Assembly: GCF_006345805.1 (NCBI RefSeq)
Contig: NC_043006.1
Span: 104,904,001 to 104,968,000 of the forward strand
From: Octopus sinensis
Lineage: Eukaryota
Reading direction: 5' to 3'
Length of the DNA stretch: 64,000 nucleotides
Shown here: one piece after another, positions 38,880 to 52,705 of the stretch
Layout of the letters: each line of letters starts with the position of its first letter
Numbering within the stretch: the first letter of the stretch is position 1
Program-made: the position numbers and the translations under genes
Notes under the pieces: model-generated
The model's database searches: none
The model's input: only the letters and a program-made list of their open reading frames with translations
Told to the model about the DNA's origin: nothing

Positions 38880-41412
38880 CTTGAAATCCTGGAACTTTGC
38901 GATGAACATGGACTTTACATCGCAAGCACTCATTTTATGCACAAAGGGGATCACACAACGACGTGGATGCATCCAAGGTCTAAAGTTTTGCACTTGCTGG
39001 ATTATGTCATCATCCGCAAGCGTGGCATGTATGACATTTGTAATGTCAAGTCCTCTCATGGATCGGGATGCTGGACAGACCACAGTCTAGTGCGAGCAAA
39101 GTTCCAGATGATGATTAGAGTGAAAGAGAAAGAGGGCCAGTCAGCATTCCTCGGCGTCTGAATATCCACAAGATGCATGATACTGTGGTTGAGGAAAGAG
39201 CTTCAAAATGGGCAGATTTTCGAGACCATGTTCGTCAATGTGCTGCTGAAACACTGAGATATGCTACTGACAGACACAGAGACTGGTTTGATGAAAATGA
39301 TGCTCAAGTTCAGCGACTATTGTCTGTAAAGCGCTGTATTCACAGTGTATTGCTTCACAGTGGACTTTCTGCTGTGCAGCGAAATCTAGGACTTGCCCAA
39401 TATAGCAGTGTAAAATCACTACCGCAGCGATCTCTCAGGAAGATGCAGAACACTTGGTTGGTGGATCTTGCTCATGATGTTTAGGCTGCTGCTGATGCAA
39501 ATGACAGCAAGAAGCTTTACCATCATATGAAGCAAATTTATGTGCCTAAGAGCTCTACATGGGCTCCTTTGCATTCCTAGGAGTTTCCACTCTATTTACT
39601 AAATCAACAGAAATCACAGGTCGCTGGATCGAGCACTTCTCTGCATCATGAATGAGTTGTGGATTTATTGTCTCCTTAAATTCCACGATCTCAATAGATG
39701 AAGTAATGACATCAATAAGTAAATTGAATCTTGGTAGGGCACCTGGAAATGATGGATTTTGTGCTGAGGTCTTGTGATTTGGTGGTGATTACATCATACA
39801 GCCCCTTCATGTTGTTATGCAGTCTGGAGGGATGGTGCAATGCTATTGTTCTTCCTCTCTATAAAGAAACAGAACAATGTGTGGTAACTACAGAGGTATT
39901 GCTGGCAAGCTTCTGGCAAATATTCTTCTTAGCCGCCTGAATGGGTGTCTCGTAAATGATGTCTCATCCGAATCCCAATGTGGCTTCCGATCTGGTAGAG
40001 AGACAATGGATATGACTTTCGCAGCGAGACAGATGCAGGAGAAGTGCAATTAGTAGAATATGGATCATATCTAGGTATTCATTGATCTAACGAAGGTCTT
40101 TGATACTGGAACTAGTCTTTCTATGGAAAATACTTGGCAAACTTGGATGTCCGGATCACTTTGTATCTATAATTAAATCATTTCATGATGGAATGGGGGT
40201 GGAATGGCGGATCCCATTCCTGTAGAGAATGGCGTCAAGCAGGAGGACATCCTTGCCCCAACTCTCTTTTCTTTGCACTTTGCTGCTGCTTTTACCCATG
40301 CTTTTGCTCTCTGGTTAGCTCTCTAGGAGTATATGTCAGATATAGATCTTCTGGCCGCCTCTTTAATCTGTGCCAATTTGCTGCCAATACAAAAGTTTTC
40401 CAGTCTCTTATTCGTGACCTCCTTTATGTAGATGACTGTGACTTAGTCAATCATACAGTGGACGACATGCAAATACTTATGAATTGTATTTCTGCTTCTT
40501 GCAAGGCATTTGGACTCAGCATTAGCCTGAAGAAGACTGTTGTAATGTTCCAGTATGCACCACGAATCCATATGTGGAACCAACTATCTTGGTTGAAGGA
40601 ACAATTCTGAAAGTGGTGGACAAGTTTGTCTACCTGGGCAGCACACTCAGACGTTCTTGTTCCCTGGAGTATAAAATATCTTTCAGGCTGCAGAGACCAG
40701 TCAGTTCCTTCCGTCTCTTCAGCCTTGTCCCAGGTCCCAGCATGGCATCACAAGGCAAACGAAAATTGCTGTGTACCGTGTATGTGTACTGATATCGGTC
40801 CTTTACTCATGTGAGACGTGGGCCCTTTACAAACATCATGTAAAGGTCCTTCAACGCTTTCATCAGCAATATCTCAAGCACATTCTGAATGTCAGCTGAA
40901 CCTTAAAAACTCCAGACACACAGGTCCTGAGGACAGCTGATATCTTGACTATTGAGGTGATGGTGCACAAACACTGGTTACGTTGGACTGGACACCTTAT
41001 TAGAATGAAGGATAGAAGGATCCATAAGCATATACTATAAGGGAAACTTGTGAATGGAAAGAGACCCTGGCATAAACCAAGGCTGCGATATCTGTGATAT
41101 CCAGGAGACTGACTGAAAGAACAATGCCTGTCATCGCCACAGATGGAGGAAGCAGGTGAAGTAGTAGGTAGACACTTGAGAGAGCACGTGTTCAGCATGA
41201 AGAACTTAAGCGTGTAGCTCGGAGGCACATTGCTAGTGTAGTGAATGAGGGAAAGCTTGGTCTGCAATGTTTACAGTCGTGTATGGTTGTCAAGAGCAGG
41301 GCTCATTAGCCACCAATGGAGTCGCAAATGCAAGTTATAAGTTAGTCCTAGAGCGCACAATGTTCCTGAAAGTCAGCAATGGTCTTCCTCGGTCACGAGT
41401 GGACCGCCATCA
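38880..41412 (+). mobile_element. RTE-clade LINE, 5'-truncated pseudogenised ORF
   Basis: TTWMHPRSKVLHLLDYVI; DWFDEND; ESQCGFRSGRETMDM; GVKQEDILAPTLF; LLYVDD; FVYLGS; RWTGHL; C-terminal zinc-finger-like remnant. Confidence 0.92.
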
Positions 41413-41444
41413 TTTGCATGTATATGTATATATAATATAATACA

Positions 41445-41486
<42 letters not shown>

Positions 41487-41854
41487 CATATGTATATATA
41501 AGCATGCATGTATCTCTCTCTCTATATATATATATATATGCATGTGTATATATATGCGTGTATACATACATATATGCATGTATATATACGTATATGTGTG
41601 TGTGTGTGTGTGTGTATGCCAAAACACAAATATACAAGCATTAATAACACACAGGACACATTTACAAATGTAAAGCACTTGTATTCACTCAGGCGCACAC
41701 GCATAGTCACACAAGCAACAACGCGGACACACGGACACAAAACAGACATTCGTATGATCGTATCCATCCACACTCGCACATAACGCCATTGTGTCATTTG
41801 TGCCACTACTAACAAGGAATCCATCTGTATGACACAGGTAGCCTGTCTTACTTT

Positions 41855-41874
41855 TCTAGTAGTAGTAGTATTAC

Positions 41875-41946
<72 letters not shown>

Positions 41947-43201
41947 CAGTAGTAGCCTGTTTGATATTTGCAGCAAAATTGTTCATTACTATTACAGATA
42001 TTAATACTAATGTTACATCTAAAGACTAATAATAGAAAAGGATGAAAAATGAGCAGGAGTTGGAAGAAAAGGGGAAAGGTAGAGGTGGTGGTGGTAGTTG
42101 TGATAGTGTTGGTGGTGTTAGAATACTCGAAGTAAGCAAGCAAAAAAAAGTCGAATACAAATTTTTGGAGTTACCATATGTTTAATGAAGATAATATTAA
42201 AACATGATGATGATGATGATGATAATGATGAGGATGAGGAGGATGAGGCGGATGAGGTGGAAGAGGAGGTAGAGGAGGAAGGGTAAGAGAATGGAGAAAG
42301 TGGGGAAAGAAGTGGATGGTTGGTGGTTCGATGGTGATGACTTCGATTATGGTGGCGACGATGTTGATGATGAAGATGAGGGTGAAGAGGAAAAGAGGGA
42401 AAAGTGGGAAGGAGGAGGAAGAGGTGGCAATTTTGAGGATGATGGTGATAATGATGATGACAAGGTTGATGATGATAAAAGTTCTGAAGAAAAAAATAGA
42501 AAGAAAAACATGAGGTTATATTGAAGTAATGAGTATAAGAAAAAAAAAACCAAAGAAATCCAGCGATGATGAAAAAACTAACTGAGAAGTTAACGGAGAA
42601 GAAGGAGGAGGAGTAGAAGAAGAAGAAGAAGAAGAAGAAGAAGAAGAAGAAGAAGAAGAAGAAAAAGAGTAGAAGAAGAAGAAGAGTAGAAGAAGAAGAA
42701 GAGTGGAAGAAGAAGAAGAAGAGTAGAAGAAGAAGAAGGAGGAGGAGGAGGCGGAGGAGGCGGAGGTGAGGTGGTGAGGAGGTGAGGAGGAGGTGAGGAG
42801 GTGATGGAGTAGAAGAAGAAGATTATGAAGAAGAGAAGAAGAAGAAGAAGAAGAAGAAGAAGGAGAGGAGGAGGAGGAGGAGGAGGAGGGAGCATTCAGG
42901 ATAGAATGGAGGAGAAACTGACTTGAAGGAGACGATGAATCCCGCTCTTAGCGTGATTTAAATTTGGAAAGAAACGAAAGCAATGAGAAAAATGAAATGA
43001 CTCTAACAGAATGAAGGAAATAGAATTATTGCAGATCATTCCATATGATTATCATTACTAATATCATTATAATATCATTATTATTATCATTACTAATATC
43101 ATTATTATTATCATTATTTTCAATATCATCATCATCATCATCATCCGCTGCTGTTGTTGTTCGTGTTTTTCTTTAGAAAGAAATAGGATGATAAAATGAG
43201 G

Positions 43202-43237
<36 letters not shown>

Positions 43238-43307
43238 GCTGCTGCTACTACTACTACTGCTACTACTACTACTACTACTACTACTGCTACTACTACTACT
43301 ACTACTG

Positions 43308-43339
<32 letters not shown>

Positions 43340-43539
43340 GCTACTACTACTACTGCTACTACTACTACCACTACTACTACTACTACTACTACTGTTGCTG
43401 CTGCTGCTGCGACGACGACGACAATGACGGAAGCGGCGATGATGACAACCACAACGATGATGATAATGATTGTGGTGGTGGTTGTGATGATTTAAAACAA
43501 GATTATTAAGAAGGAGAATAACAACAGTAAGAAGATGTG

Positions 43540-43570
<31 letters not shown>

Positions 43571-43605
43571 ATTACTAGTAGTAGTAGTAGTTGTAGTAGT
43601 AGTAT

Positions 43606-43637
<32 letters not shown>

Positions 43638-43870
43638 GGAAGAAGAAGAAGAAGAGAAGAAGAAGAAGAGGAAGAAGGAGAAGAAGAAGAAGAAGAAGAA
43701 GAAGAAGGAGGAGGAGGAGATAGAGAAAAAGAAGAAAAAACGAAGGAGAGTCTGAAGGAGAAGAAAAGATATAAAGGGTGGAGGAGGAGGAAATGATGAA
43801 AAAGAAGAAAAAAGAGATGTAGATGGAAGAAGATGGAAGAAGAAGAGGAGATGGGGGACAAGGTGTGAAA
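41855..43870. repeat. Dense compound trinucleotide microsatellite field (GTA, GAT, GAA, GGA, CTA)
   Basis: Direct inspection; source of the low-complexity ORFs. Confidence 0.95.
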
Positions 43871-44259
43871 GAAGAAAGTGAAGGTGAAATAAAATGTGTG
43901 CCAGTATCTTGTCAAATCTGACTAGCGATATTTCCTCCAACACATAAGGTTTTAAAATATCGATCTTCGCGCACATGTACCACAACACAATCAGAAAGGA
44001 GATTTTCCTATTACGGTAACCGATTTTCCCACCAATCAGATCATTCCTGGTAGGCGGTCGGAGCACTTGCGATGCTAAATAAAGGGCAAATTTGCTTTTG
44101 AAGAGTAGTGGGGGGGGGAGGTGGTTATAAGAAAAACAAAAGAAAACCTCACAAGACAAAACAAAATAGAGCAAACGTACAAATATATATTTATATATTT
44201 AGTTGTAGTAGTAGTAGTAGTAGTTAGTAGTAGTAGTAGTAATAACAATAATAATTACA

Positions 44260-44686
44260 ATGACTTCAAATTTTCATACGAGCCCAGTAGTTTCGGGGGA
44301 AGGATCAAGTCGATTACATCGACCCCAGTGCACAACTGGTACTTATTTTATCGACCATGAAAAGATAAAAAAAAGCAAAGTCGACCTTGGCAAAATTTTA
44401 ACGGAATGCTGTTAAGCTTTTCGTCCAGCACCTTAACGATCCTGCTAGCTGTCCACCAGAATAATAATGATGACGCTTTCAAATATTGGCACAAGGCCAG
44501 AAAGTTCGGTGGCGGGGATAAGTCGATGACATCGACCCAGAGTTCGACTGGTACTTATTCTACTGCCAGAAGGATGAAAGGCAAAATCGACTTCGGCATT
44601 TCGTCTGTATTTAGAACTGAATACGGCTAAGTATCTTGGCCAGCGTGATTCTGCCAGCTCCCCGCAGGAATAATAATAACAACAAC

Positions 44687-44721
<35 letters not shown>

Positions 44722-44845
44722 CAATAATAATGATAATGATAATAATTTTTTCTACTCTAGGCACAAGATCCGGAATTTTTGGGGAGCGGGCCAGTCAATT
44801 AGATCGACCCTAGTACGCAACTGGTACTTAATTTATCGACCCGAA
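44260..44845 (-). mobile_element. Cluster of diverged SINE family B copies separated by (AAT/AAC)n
   Basis: Repeated tcgaccc..actggtacttatt..aaggatgaaaggcaaagtcgac. Confidence 0.75.
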
Positions 44846-44881
44846 AATAATAATAATAATAATAATAATAACAATAATAAT

Positions 44882-44916
<35 letters not shown>

Positions 44917-44946
44917 AAACAACAACAGCAACAACAGCAGCAACAA

Positions 44947-45004
<58 letters not shown>

Positions 45005-45038
45005 AATAATAATAATAACAACAACAACAACAATAATA

Positions 45039-45098
<60 letters not shown>

Positions 45099-45100
<2 letters not shown>

Positions 45101-45650
45101 GCCCTGATGCAGTACCAGGCAGTGGCTCTCATGGCTTCTGATCTTAACTGATTGGAAGTGTTATCATGTACATTGTTTTGTCTTGGTATAAAAGATGGGC
45201 TACAGCAAATATTTGCTCAATACCACAGATTTGCTTGTCAGTTGTTTGATCTTAACCAGTTGAGCATGTCCCTTAGTGGGTGACGATATGTCATCTCTGA
45301 TCACGAGCAGAAGTAATGGGGGAGCATCATAGCCATGTGTTGAGAGGGATTTTGGGGTTTGAATAGTTCACCTCTGGAAACATGGGTGGTTCTTTCAACA
45401 TCCTTAAACAACCCTTATTCAGGGACCTATTGAGCGGGATGGGCTACTCAACCTGAAGAAAATTCTAACTGGGCCCCACCTGCAAGGTCATGTGCTGTTT
45501 ATCTTGATATGAGATCACCATGTCGCGCACATATGGTTGTGATGCATGTGCCTGGTGTACCCTTATCAGACGGGTAGTCATGATGGGTATATTGGGCTTC
45601 GTATATTTTACCCCAGTGTCACTTTGATGGCATGAACTGCTCTCTCACTC
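45099..45650. mobile_element. Unclassified ~550-bp interspersed element inserted in (AAT)n
   Basis: Bounded on both sides by (aat)n. A partial reverse-complement copy lies at ~56400-56470. Confidence 0.65.
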
Positions 45651-45669
45651 AATAATAATAATAATAATA

Positions 45670-45990
45670 ATAAAGGCACAAGGCCTGGATTTTCTTGGGG
45701 AGGAATGAGTCGATTACATCGATCACATTTTTCTACTTGTATTTAATTTACTCTTACGATAATAAGGATAATAAGACTTTCTGCTATAGGCACAAAGCCT
45801 GGATTTTGTGGTGGGGGGAACAGTCGATCACACCACACCCAGTACTCAACTGGTACTTAATTTACCACCCCGAAAGGATGAAAGGCAAAGTCGACCCCGG
45901 TGGAATTTGAACTCAGAGTGTAGCGGCAGACAGAATACCGCTAAGCATTTTTCCCGGTTTGCTAACGATTCTGCTAGCTCGCTGCCTTAA
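45670..45990 (-). mobile_element. SINE family B copies
   Basis: Consensus match. Confidence 0.8.
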
Positions 45991-45997
45991 TAATAAT

Positions 45998-46099
<102 letters not shown>

Positions 46100-46789
46100 G
46101 ATAATGATGATTGCATAAAATAACTGAAAAACTTATGAGGATGATTTCTAACTTTGGTTCCAGTCCACAAGTTATTTATTAGATGTCTATCGATATAATC
46201 GAACTCGTTGATTGATTGGCGGTCCTAAATTTATCGATCGAACATAGATGAAAGATAAATTTCTCCCAGGCAGAATGTGATCTCAGAACCTAACGAGACG
46301 AAAAAGAATTTATGGCACATCATACATCTAGTATATAACAAATATCTGCCATTCAAATTGCCTTTTCTTGAAAAAAAAAAAAAATAATAATAATAATAAT
46401 AATAATATTGACTTCTTACATTGATTTAAGGTTAATGATTTTAGAGTGACGAGGGCTGGAGTAATGTATCTTATGTCTTAACGTCCACGAAGCTGATCTC
46501 TAGTTGCGAGGGACAGCCAAGTGCGTTTCATCGATATTCCTAAACAGATGTAAATTGATAGGAAAACTGGAAAACTAATGACGTCATTGCCAAGACTTCT
46601 TTCTGTGTCTATTCGGATTGCTGATATCGATATCCATAGGATAATAGGATAAACAGAAATCCCTCGCGTTGACAATGGTTTCTTAAGTTTTTGCTGTAAC
46701 GTGAACTTAATTTCCCCATTGGTTATCGTGTTGTAAATCGTGATGATGTGATACAACAGAGTTTTTCGAAAAACTGGTTCTTCGTCGGT

Positions 46790-47070
46790 TACGACGATGA
46801 GGGTTCCAGTTGATCCGATCAACGGAACAGCGTGCTCGTAAAACCAAGTGACTTAGCACACCACTGACACGTGGACCCTAAATGAAGTTCTCAGGGAGAT
46901 TCATTCAGCGTCACACAGAATGTGACAGGGCTAGCCCTTTGAAATATCGCTACTACTCATTTCTGCCAGCGGAATGAACTGGAACAATGTGAAATAAAGT
47001 AGCTTGCTCGAAGACATAACGCACTGGCGGCGACCGAACCCACGACCTTACGATTGTGAACCAAATACCC
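46790..47070 (-). mobile_element. SINE family C
   Basis: Homologous to 1-290. Confidence 0.8.
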
Positions 47071-47704
47071 ACGTGACTTTCGAAAAACAATATCAACAAA
47101 AACAAAAAGACATATGTGTGTAAATAACAGATTCTAAACACACACACTACTATGTTTGTGTGTGTGTGTGTGTGTGTATACATACATACATACATACGGA
47201 CAGGCAGACAGATACATACATACATAAAAACAGTTCAAGAGGAAATTGTCAGGCAATATGAAACGGTTTCAAAATCTGGCCCGAGCCCAGCAGTTCCTGA
47301 AGGGAGGGTGGCATCAATTAGATCGACCCGACTGGTACTTATTTTATGGACCTCGAAATGATGAAAGGCAAAGTCAATTTGAACTCAGGGGCAGACGAAA
47401 TGCAGCCACACATTCAACCCGATATGCTCACGATTCTGTAAGTTCATTGGGGAATACATAACAATCATAATACAATTTGTGTTCTTACGACAAATGACGT
47501 TAAACTGTGCGTGAACGGTGATGGTGGAATGAGAGATATTGGGAAGACAAGTGACACAACTTTCTAATTCGCATCCATCAACATGTACTGGAATGCGTTT
47601 CGGACTTAGCCTAAGGTATTTCATATTCGTGGGGTCATTTATGATTAGGGTTGTTTTCATCAAAATACCTACAAACCTTCTATTGGCGTGTGATAAGAAG
47701 TTTG

Positions 47705-48085
47705 GTAGTGTGGTAAGAAGTACCCTTCCTAGCCACTGCATGGTAGGGTAGGTGTCTTCTACTATGGCCTAGGACCGACCAAAGTCTTGTGAGTGGATTA
47801 ATTCGAAGGAAACTCGAAGGAGCCCGTTATATATATGTGTGTGTGTGCATGTGTGTGTATATGTGCTTTTTTTACTCTTTTACTTGTTTCAGTCATTTGA
47901 CTACGGCCATGCTGGAGCACCGCCTTTAGTCGAGCAACTCGACCCCGGGACGTATTCTTTTTGTAAGCCCAGTACTTATTCTATCGGTCTCTTTTTGCCG
48001 AACCGCTAAGTGACGGGGACGTAAACACACCAGAATCGGTCGTCAAGCAATGCTAGGGGAAAAGACACAGACACACAAACACACA

Positions 48086-48122
<37 letters not shown>

Positions 48123-48296
48123 ATATTATACATATATACGACAGGCTTCTTTCAGTTTCCGTCTACCAAATCCACTCACAAGGCATTGGTCGGCCCGGGG
48201 CTATAGCAGATACACCTGCCCAAGATGCCACGCAGTGGGACTGAACCCGAACCATGTGGTTGGTTAGCAAGTTACTTACCACAAGCCACTTCTGCG

Positions 48297-48346
<50 letters not shown>

Positions 48347-48762
48347 ATATATAACATATACGACAGGCTTCTTTCAGTTTCCGTCTACCAAATCCACTCA
48401 CAAGGCATTGGTCGGCCCGGGGCTATAGCAGAAGACACCTGCCCAAGATGCCACGCAGTGGACTGAACCCGGAACCATGTGGTTGGTTAGCAAGTTACTT
48501 ACCACAAGCCACTTCTGCGCCTATATATATATATATAATATATATATATTATATATATATAATATATATATATATATATGCATATATGTGTGTGTACGTG
48601 TTTGTTCCCCACTACTCCTTGACAATCGATGTTGTGGTATTATGTCCCTAGTGGTTCAGCAAAGAAGACCGATAGCATACCGGGCTTAATAAATAAGTAC
48701 TGGAGTCAATTCTTCAAAGTGTTGCCCCAGCACGGTTACACTCTGGTGACTGAAACAAGTAA
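47705..48762. mobile_element. Nested SINE family A cluster (plus-strand copy interrupted by minus-strand copies, duplicated head)
   Basis: + head 47705-47830; - copy 47870-48298; - head 48358-48522; + tail 48600-48762. Confidence 0.85.
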
Positions 48763-48799
48763 AATTCAACTAATAAATGCCAGTTCTTTTGATATTCTT

Positions 48800-49190
48800 C
48801 AGAATCAGTTTTAGTGGAGCTGGTGCAATATCTTAATTGTTATATCAGCCTGTTCTTTTGTTCTTTTTCTCACAACATCCGTTACTCATGAGATAACCCT
48901 TCTCTATGGAACACTGCCAACGCAACCCCATTCCTCTTTAGGATTTCTTCAAATCCTAATCATTTACATGCGACAAAACCTTCTCGAGTTTGATGTAGAC
49001 TTTTTCATTGTGGAAAGCTTGTAATATGCCAGGTACAATCTGGTAGTATTTTCCAAGCATCTTTCAGCGATGAAGGCTTCACTTCATCCCTTGTCTCACA
49101 TATGTTATCCATGGCATTCACTTTATGCTGAACTTCTAGAAAGCTCATTAAGCTTCAGTGGGGGACTGAGTGTAAAGAACAAAATGGTTA
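48800..49190 (-). mobile_element. Probable decayed RTE LINE 3' fragment
   Basis: Minus fragments resemble EAF..RCL.KIL.I.W. Many stops. Confidence 0.35.
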
Positions 49191-49219
49191 ATGCTTTTGC
49201 TTGAAATATTATGACTAGC

Positions 49220-49380
49220 ATAGAAACTTGCTTCACAACCACATGGTTCCGGATTCAGTCCCAATGCTTGGCACCTTGGGCAAGTGTCTTCTACTATTAT
49301 AGCCTCAGGTCGATCAAAACCTTATGAGTGGATTTGGTAGACGGAAACAGAAAGAAGAAACGCATGTATATACATATGTA

Positions 49381-49431
<51 letters not shown>

Positions 49432-49571
49432 ATATAGGTCGACTTTGCATTTCATCTTTTCGGGGTCGATAAATAAAGTACCAGTTTCGCATGGAGTCGA
49501 TGTAATCGACTTAATCCCTTTTCTGTCCTTGTTTGTCCCCTCTATGTTTAGCCCCTTGTGGGTAGTAAAGA

Positions 49572-49662
<91 letters not shown>

Positions 49663-49872
49663 GTCTGTGTTTGTATCCCCAGCATAGTTTGACAACTGAT
49701 GTTTGTGTGTTTACGTACCCGTAACTTAGCGGTTCGGCAAAAGAGACCTATAGAACAAGTACTAGGCATAAGAACTAAATCTTGGGGTCGATTTGTTCTA
49801 CTAAATTTCCTTAAGGTTGTGCTCCAGCATGGCCGCACTCAAATGACTGAAACAAGTAAAAGAATAAAAGAA
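49220..49872 (+). mobile_element. SINE family A with a family B fragment nested in its microsatellite
   Basis: A head 49220-49360; B 49437-49572; A tail 49655-49872. Confidence 0.8.
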
Positions 49873-50059
49873 TGCTTTTATGCAACTAAAAAGAAAATAT
49901 TTGTAAACCACTCTTCGGTAAAGAAAAAAAAAACGTTTAGTTATTCATGCATCATTTGAAATCGAAATCAGAAATTCAGAAATGGGTTTAAAATTTCATT
50001 ACGTTTGCAAGCCCATGTCTATTCAGAGTGACATTTGAGTAGGGATGCCAAATTCATAT

Positions 50060-50290
50060 GACCAGCGTCACGCCCGAGATGAACCGTCAGAGGTTTTAAT
50101 CCTAGTGTTGAGTTTTCTTCTCAAGAAATAAAGTTCCAGTAGACAAGGACTTTCAGAAGATTTCAGTTTCATGAAGACTGTCTGCTTGTTCTGGTGTTTA
50201 GTCACACTTCGTAAAATTGTTTTCAAATACTCATTATACCTGGCAGGTGTCTCTGTATCAGCGCTGGCAGCTTCACCTGTCATTTGATAT
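50060..50290 (-). mobile_element. pogo/Tigger transposase relic
   Basis: MTGEAASADTE matches the Tigger GEAASAD motif; downstream fragments decayed. Confidence 0.65.
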
Positions 50291-50304
50291 TGTGTAAATT
50301 CACA

Positions 50305-50335
<31 letters not shown>

Positions 50336-51003
50336 TGTATGTATGTATGTATTTATGCGTGTATGTATGTATGTATGTATGTATGTATGTATGTATGTAT
50401 GTATGTATGCGTGTATGTATGTATGTATGTATGTATGTATGTATGCGTGTATGTATGTACGTATGCATGTATGTATGTATGCATGCATGTATGTATGTAT
50501 GTATGTATGTATACACACACATGTGTTTGTTATGTGTGTGTGTGTTTGCCCCCACCCTGCTTAACAATCGATGTTGGTGTGTTTATATCCCTAGAAGTTC
50601 AGCAAAGGGACCAATGGTATATAAGGCTTAAAAAATAGGTATTGGTTCAATTCGTTCGGCCTAAATTCCGTTTGCGTTTGTGCTTGTCCCTTCACCATCG
50701 CTTGACAACCAATGTTGGTGCCTTCTTAAAACATTTTACTAGACAGAAAATGGTCTTCATTGAGAAGTGTTAGATTTCTTTTTTTCTGGGGTTCGACATA
50801 CAAAATTTTGTTTATTTACAAATAGTATTGTGCTTATCGGCGTATTTACATCGAATATGATCCCAGATCCACACACTCAAAAAAGTCGTTTTATTTTAAG
50901 CAGCACATTAAATCTATGAAAAAATAAGTTCCGCGGAGTTAACAGAGTCGCTTCTTGAGCCCTTGACAAAATTTTCTCGCTCAATTTTCTCTTTTCGTTG
51001 CAG

Positions 51004-51108
51004 ATATTTTGAATTCTATGTAAATCCAACTGCGACAGTGATCAAAGAATATCCACAACAAATATGAGAGAAAGAACATCAGCAGAAATTAATTGATCTT
51101 CTTATGAG
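51004..51108 (+). other. Candidate 105-nt internal exon
   Basis: Branch-like ctcaat, polypyrimidine tract, ttgcag| acceptor and gag|gtaaga donor. No fully open frame (one frame has a single TGA). Confidence 0.55.
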
Positions 51109-51917
51109 GTAAGACATAGTTATCTCATTTCTACGGATGCAAGAACGCAAATGAGGTGATGAAACGTTGGAGTGAGATAATTGGCAATGCAGTACAATTA
51201 GTTACTTGAAATGTTACCATGTTACAATGTTTATCTTTCTGGTATCATTTTACTCTCTAGACCTTTGGCCGGTACCATCAATATTGCACATTTTTCTCAA
51301 ACACATACATTCACATACATGCGCACATGCACGCACACACACACACACACACACTCACTACACATACACACGCAGACACATACAACATATATCGGAACAG
51401 GCATTGCCATCTGGCGAAAATCTTTTTTTATTTTTGATGTATTATTGTTGTTATTTGATTCAAATGTCACTAAGTTAGTGATAGTATTTGTTCGTTGCAT
51501 TGATTTTGGAGTTGTCATGATGGTGACGGTGATATATAGGTATTCTTGGAGGTGTTAAGGTTTATATTGTTTTCGTAAATTTTATTTTTGATGCTGTTTA
51601 TTCTAAGTTTTCTTTGTCTTTGATAAAAACATTACATTCAGTTTTTAATATACACTAAAGCGTCACCTTATCTTATAATCTTGTATTTTGTTTTGCGTGG
51701 AATTGCTTGTCTGATTCATACGAATGATGCGGATCATGTTGGTAACAAAAATATGGTAAGAATGCGACATGCGTTGGTTTTTGCGTGTTTATGGTGATTG
51801 CGTTGGTGTTTAGGAGAAATAGCTGTAGTGTTATAGGTTGCTTTATTTATTATATATTGAAATAAATAGATAAATAGACAGATAGACAGACAAATAGATA
51901 GATAGATAGATAGATAT

Positions 51918-51988
<71 letters not shown>

Positions 51989-52155
51989 CAAACTCAATGT
52001 AACCCATAAATAATGCTTACACGGGAAGTAAATCGTCTGATGCAAACTATTGTTTTGGATCAAGAATATGGGTTTTTAGTTCGTTTCAGGAGTTCAACTG
52101 GCTGCAATGATAGGGATAAAACAGTCCATAGAGTCCAGGGCACTAGCTAAATATT

Positions 52156-52201
<46 letters not shown>

Positions 52202-52212
52202 GCAAACATATG

Positions 52213-52245
<33 letters not shown>

Positions 52246-52249
<4 letters not shown>

Positions 52250-52627
52250 CTTGTTTCAGTTATTTGACTGCGGCCTTGATGGAGCACCGCCTTTAATCGA
52301 ACAAATCGACCCCATGACTTATTCTTTGTAAATCTAGTACTTAATCTATCGGTTTCTCTTTTGCCGAACCGCTAAGTTACGGGGACGTAAACACACCAGC
52401 ATCGTTGGGGGGACAAACACAGACACACAAACATATACACACACATACATATATATATACATATACGACGGGCTTCTTTCAGTTTCCGTCTACCAAATCC
52501 ACTCACAAGGCTTTGGTCGGTCCGAGGCTATAGTAGAAGACACTTGCCCAAGGTGCCACGCAGTGGGACGGAACCCGGAACCATGTGGTTCGTAAGCAAG
52601 CTATTTACCACACAGTCACTCTTACGC
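52246..52627 (-). mobile_element. SINE family A, young full-length copy
   Basis: Near-consensus match. Confidence 0.9.
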
Positions 52628-52661
52628 TATATATATTATTATATATATATATAATATAATA

Positions 52662-52699
<38 letters not shown>

Positions 52700-52705
<6 letters not shown>

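Noticed and set aside
45101-45155. HDV-like ribozyme at the start of the (AAT)n element
   Set aside because: The spacer between the putative P1 strands is too short for P2/P3/L3.
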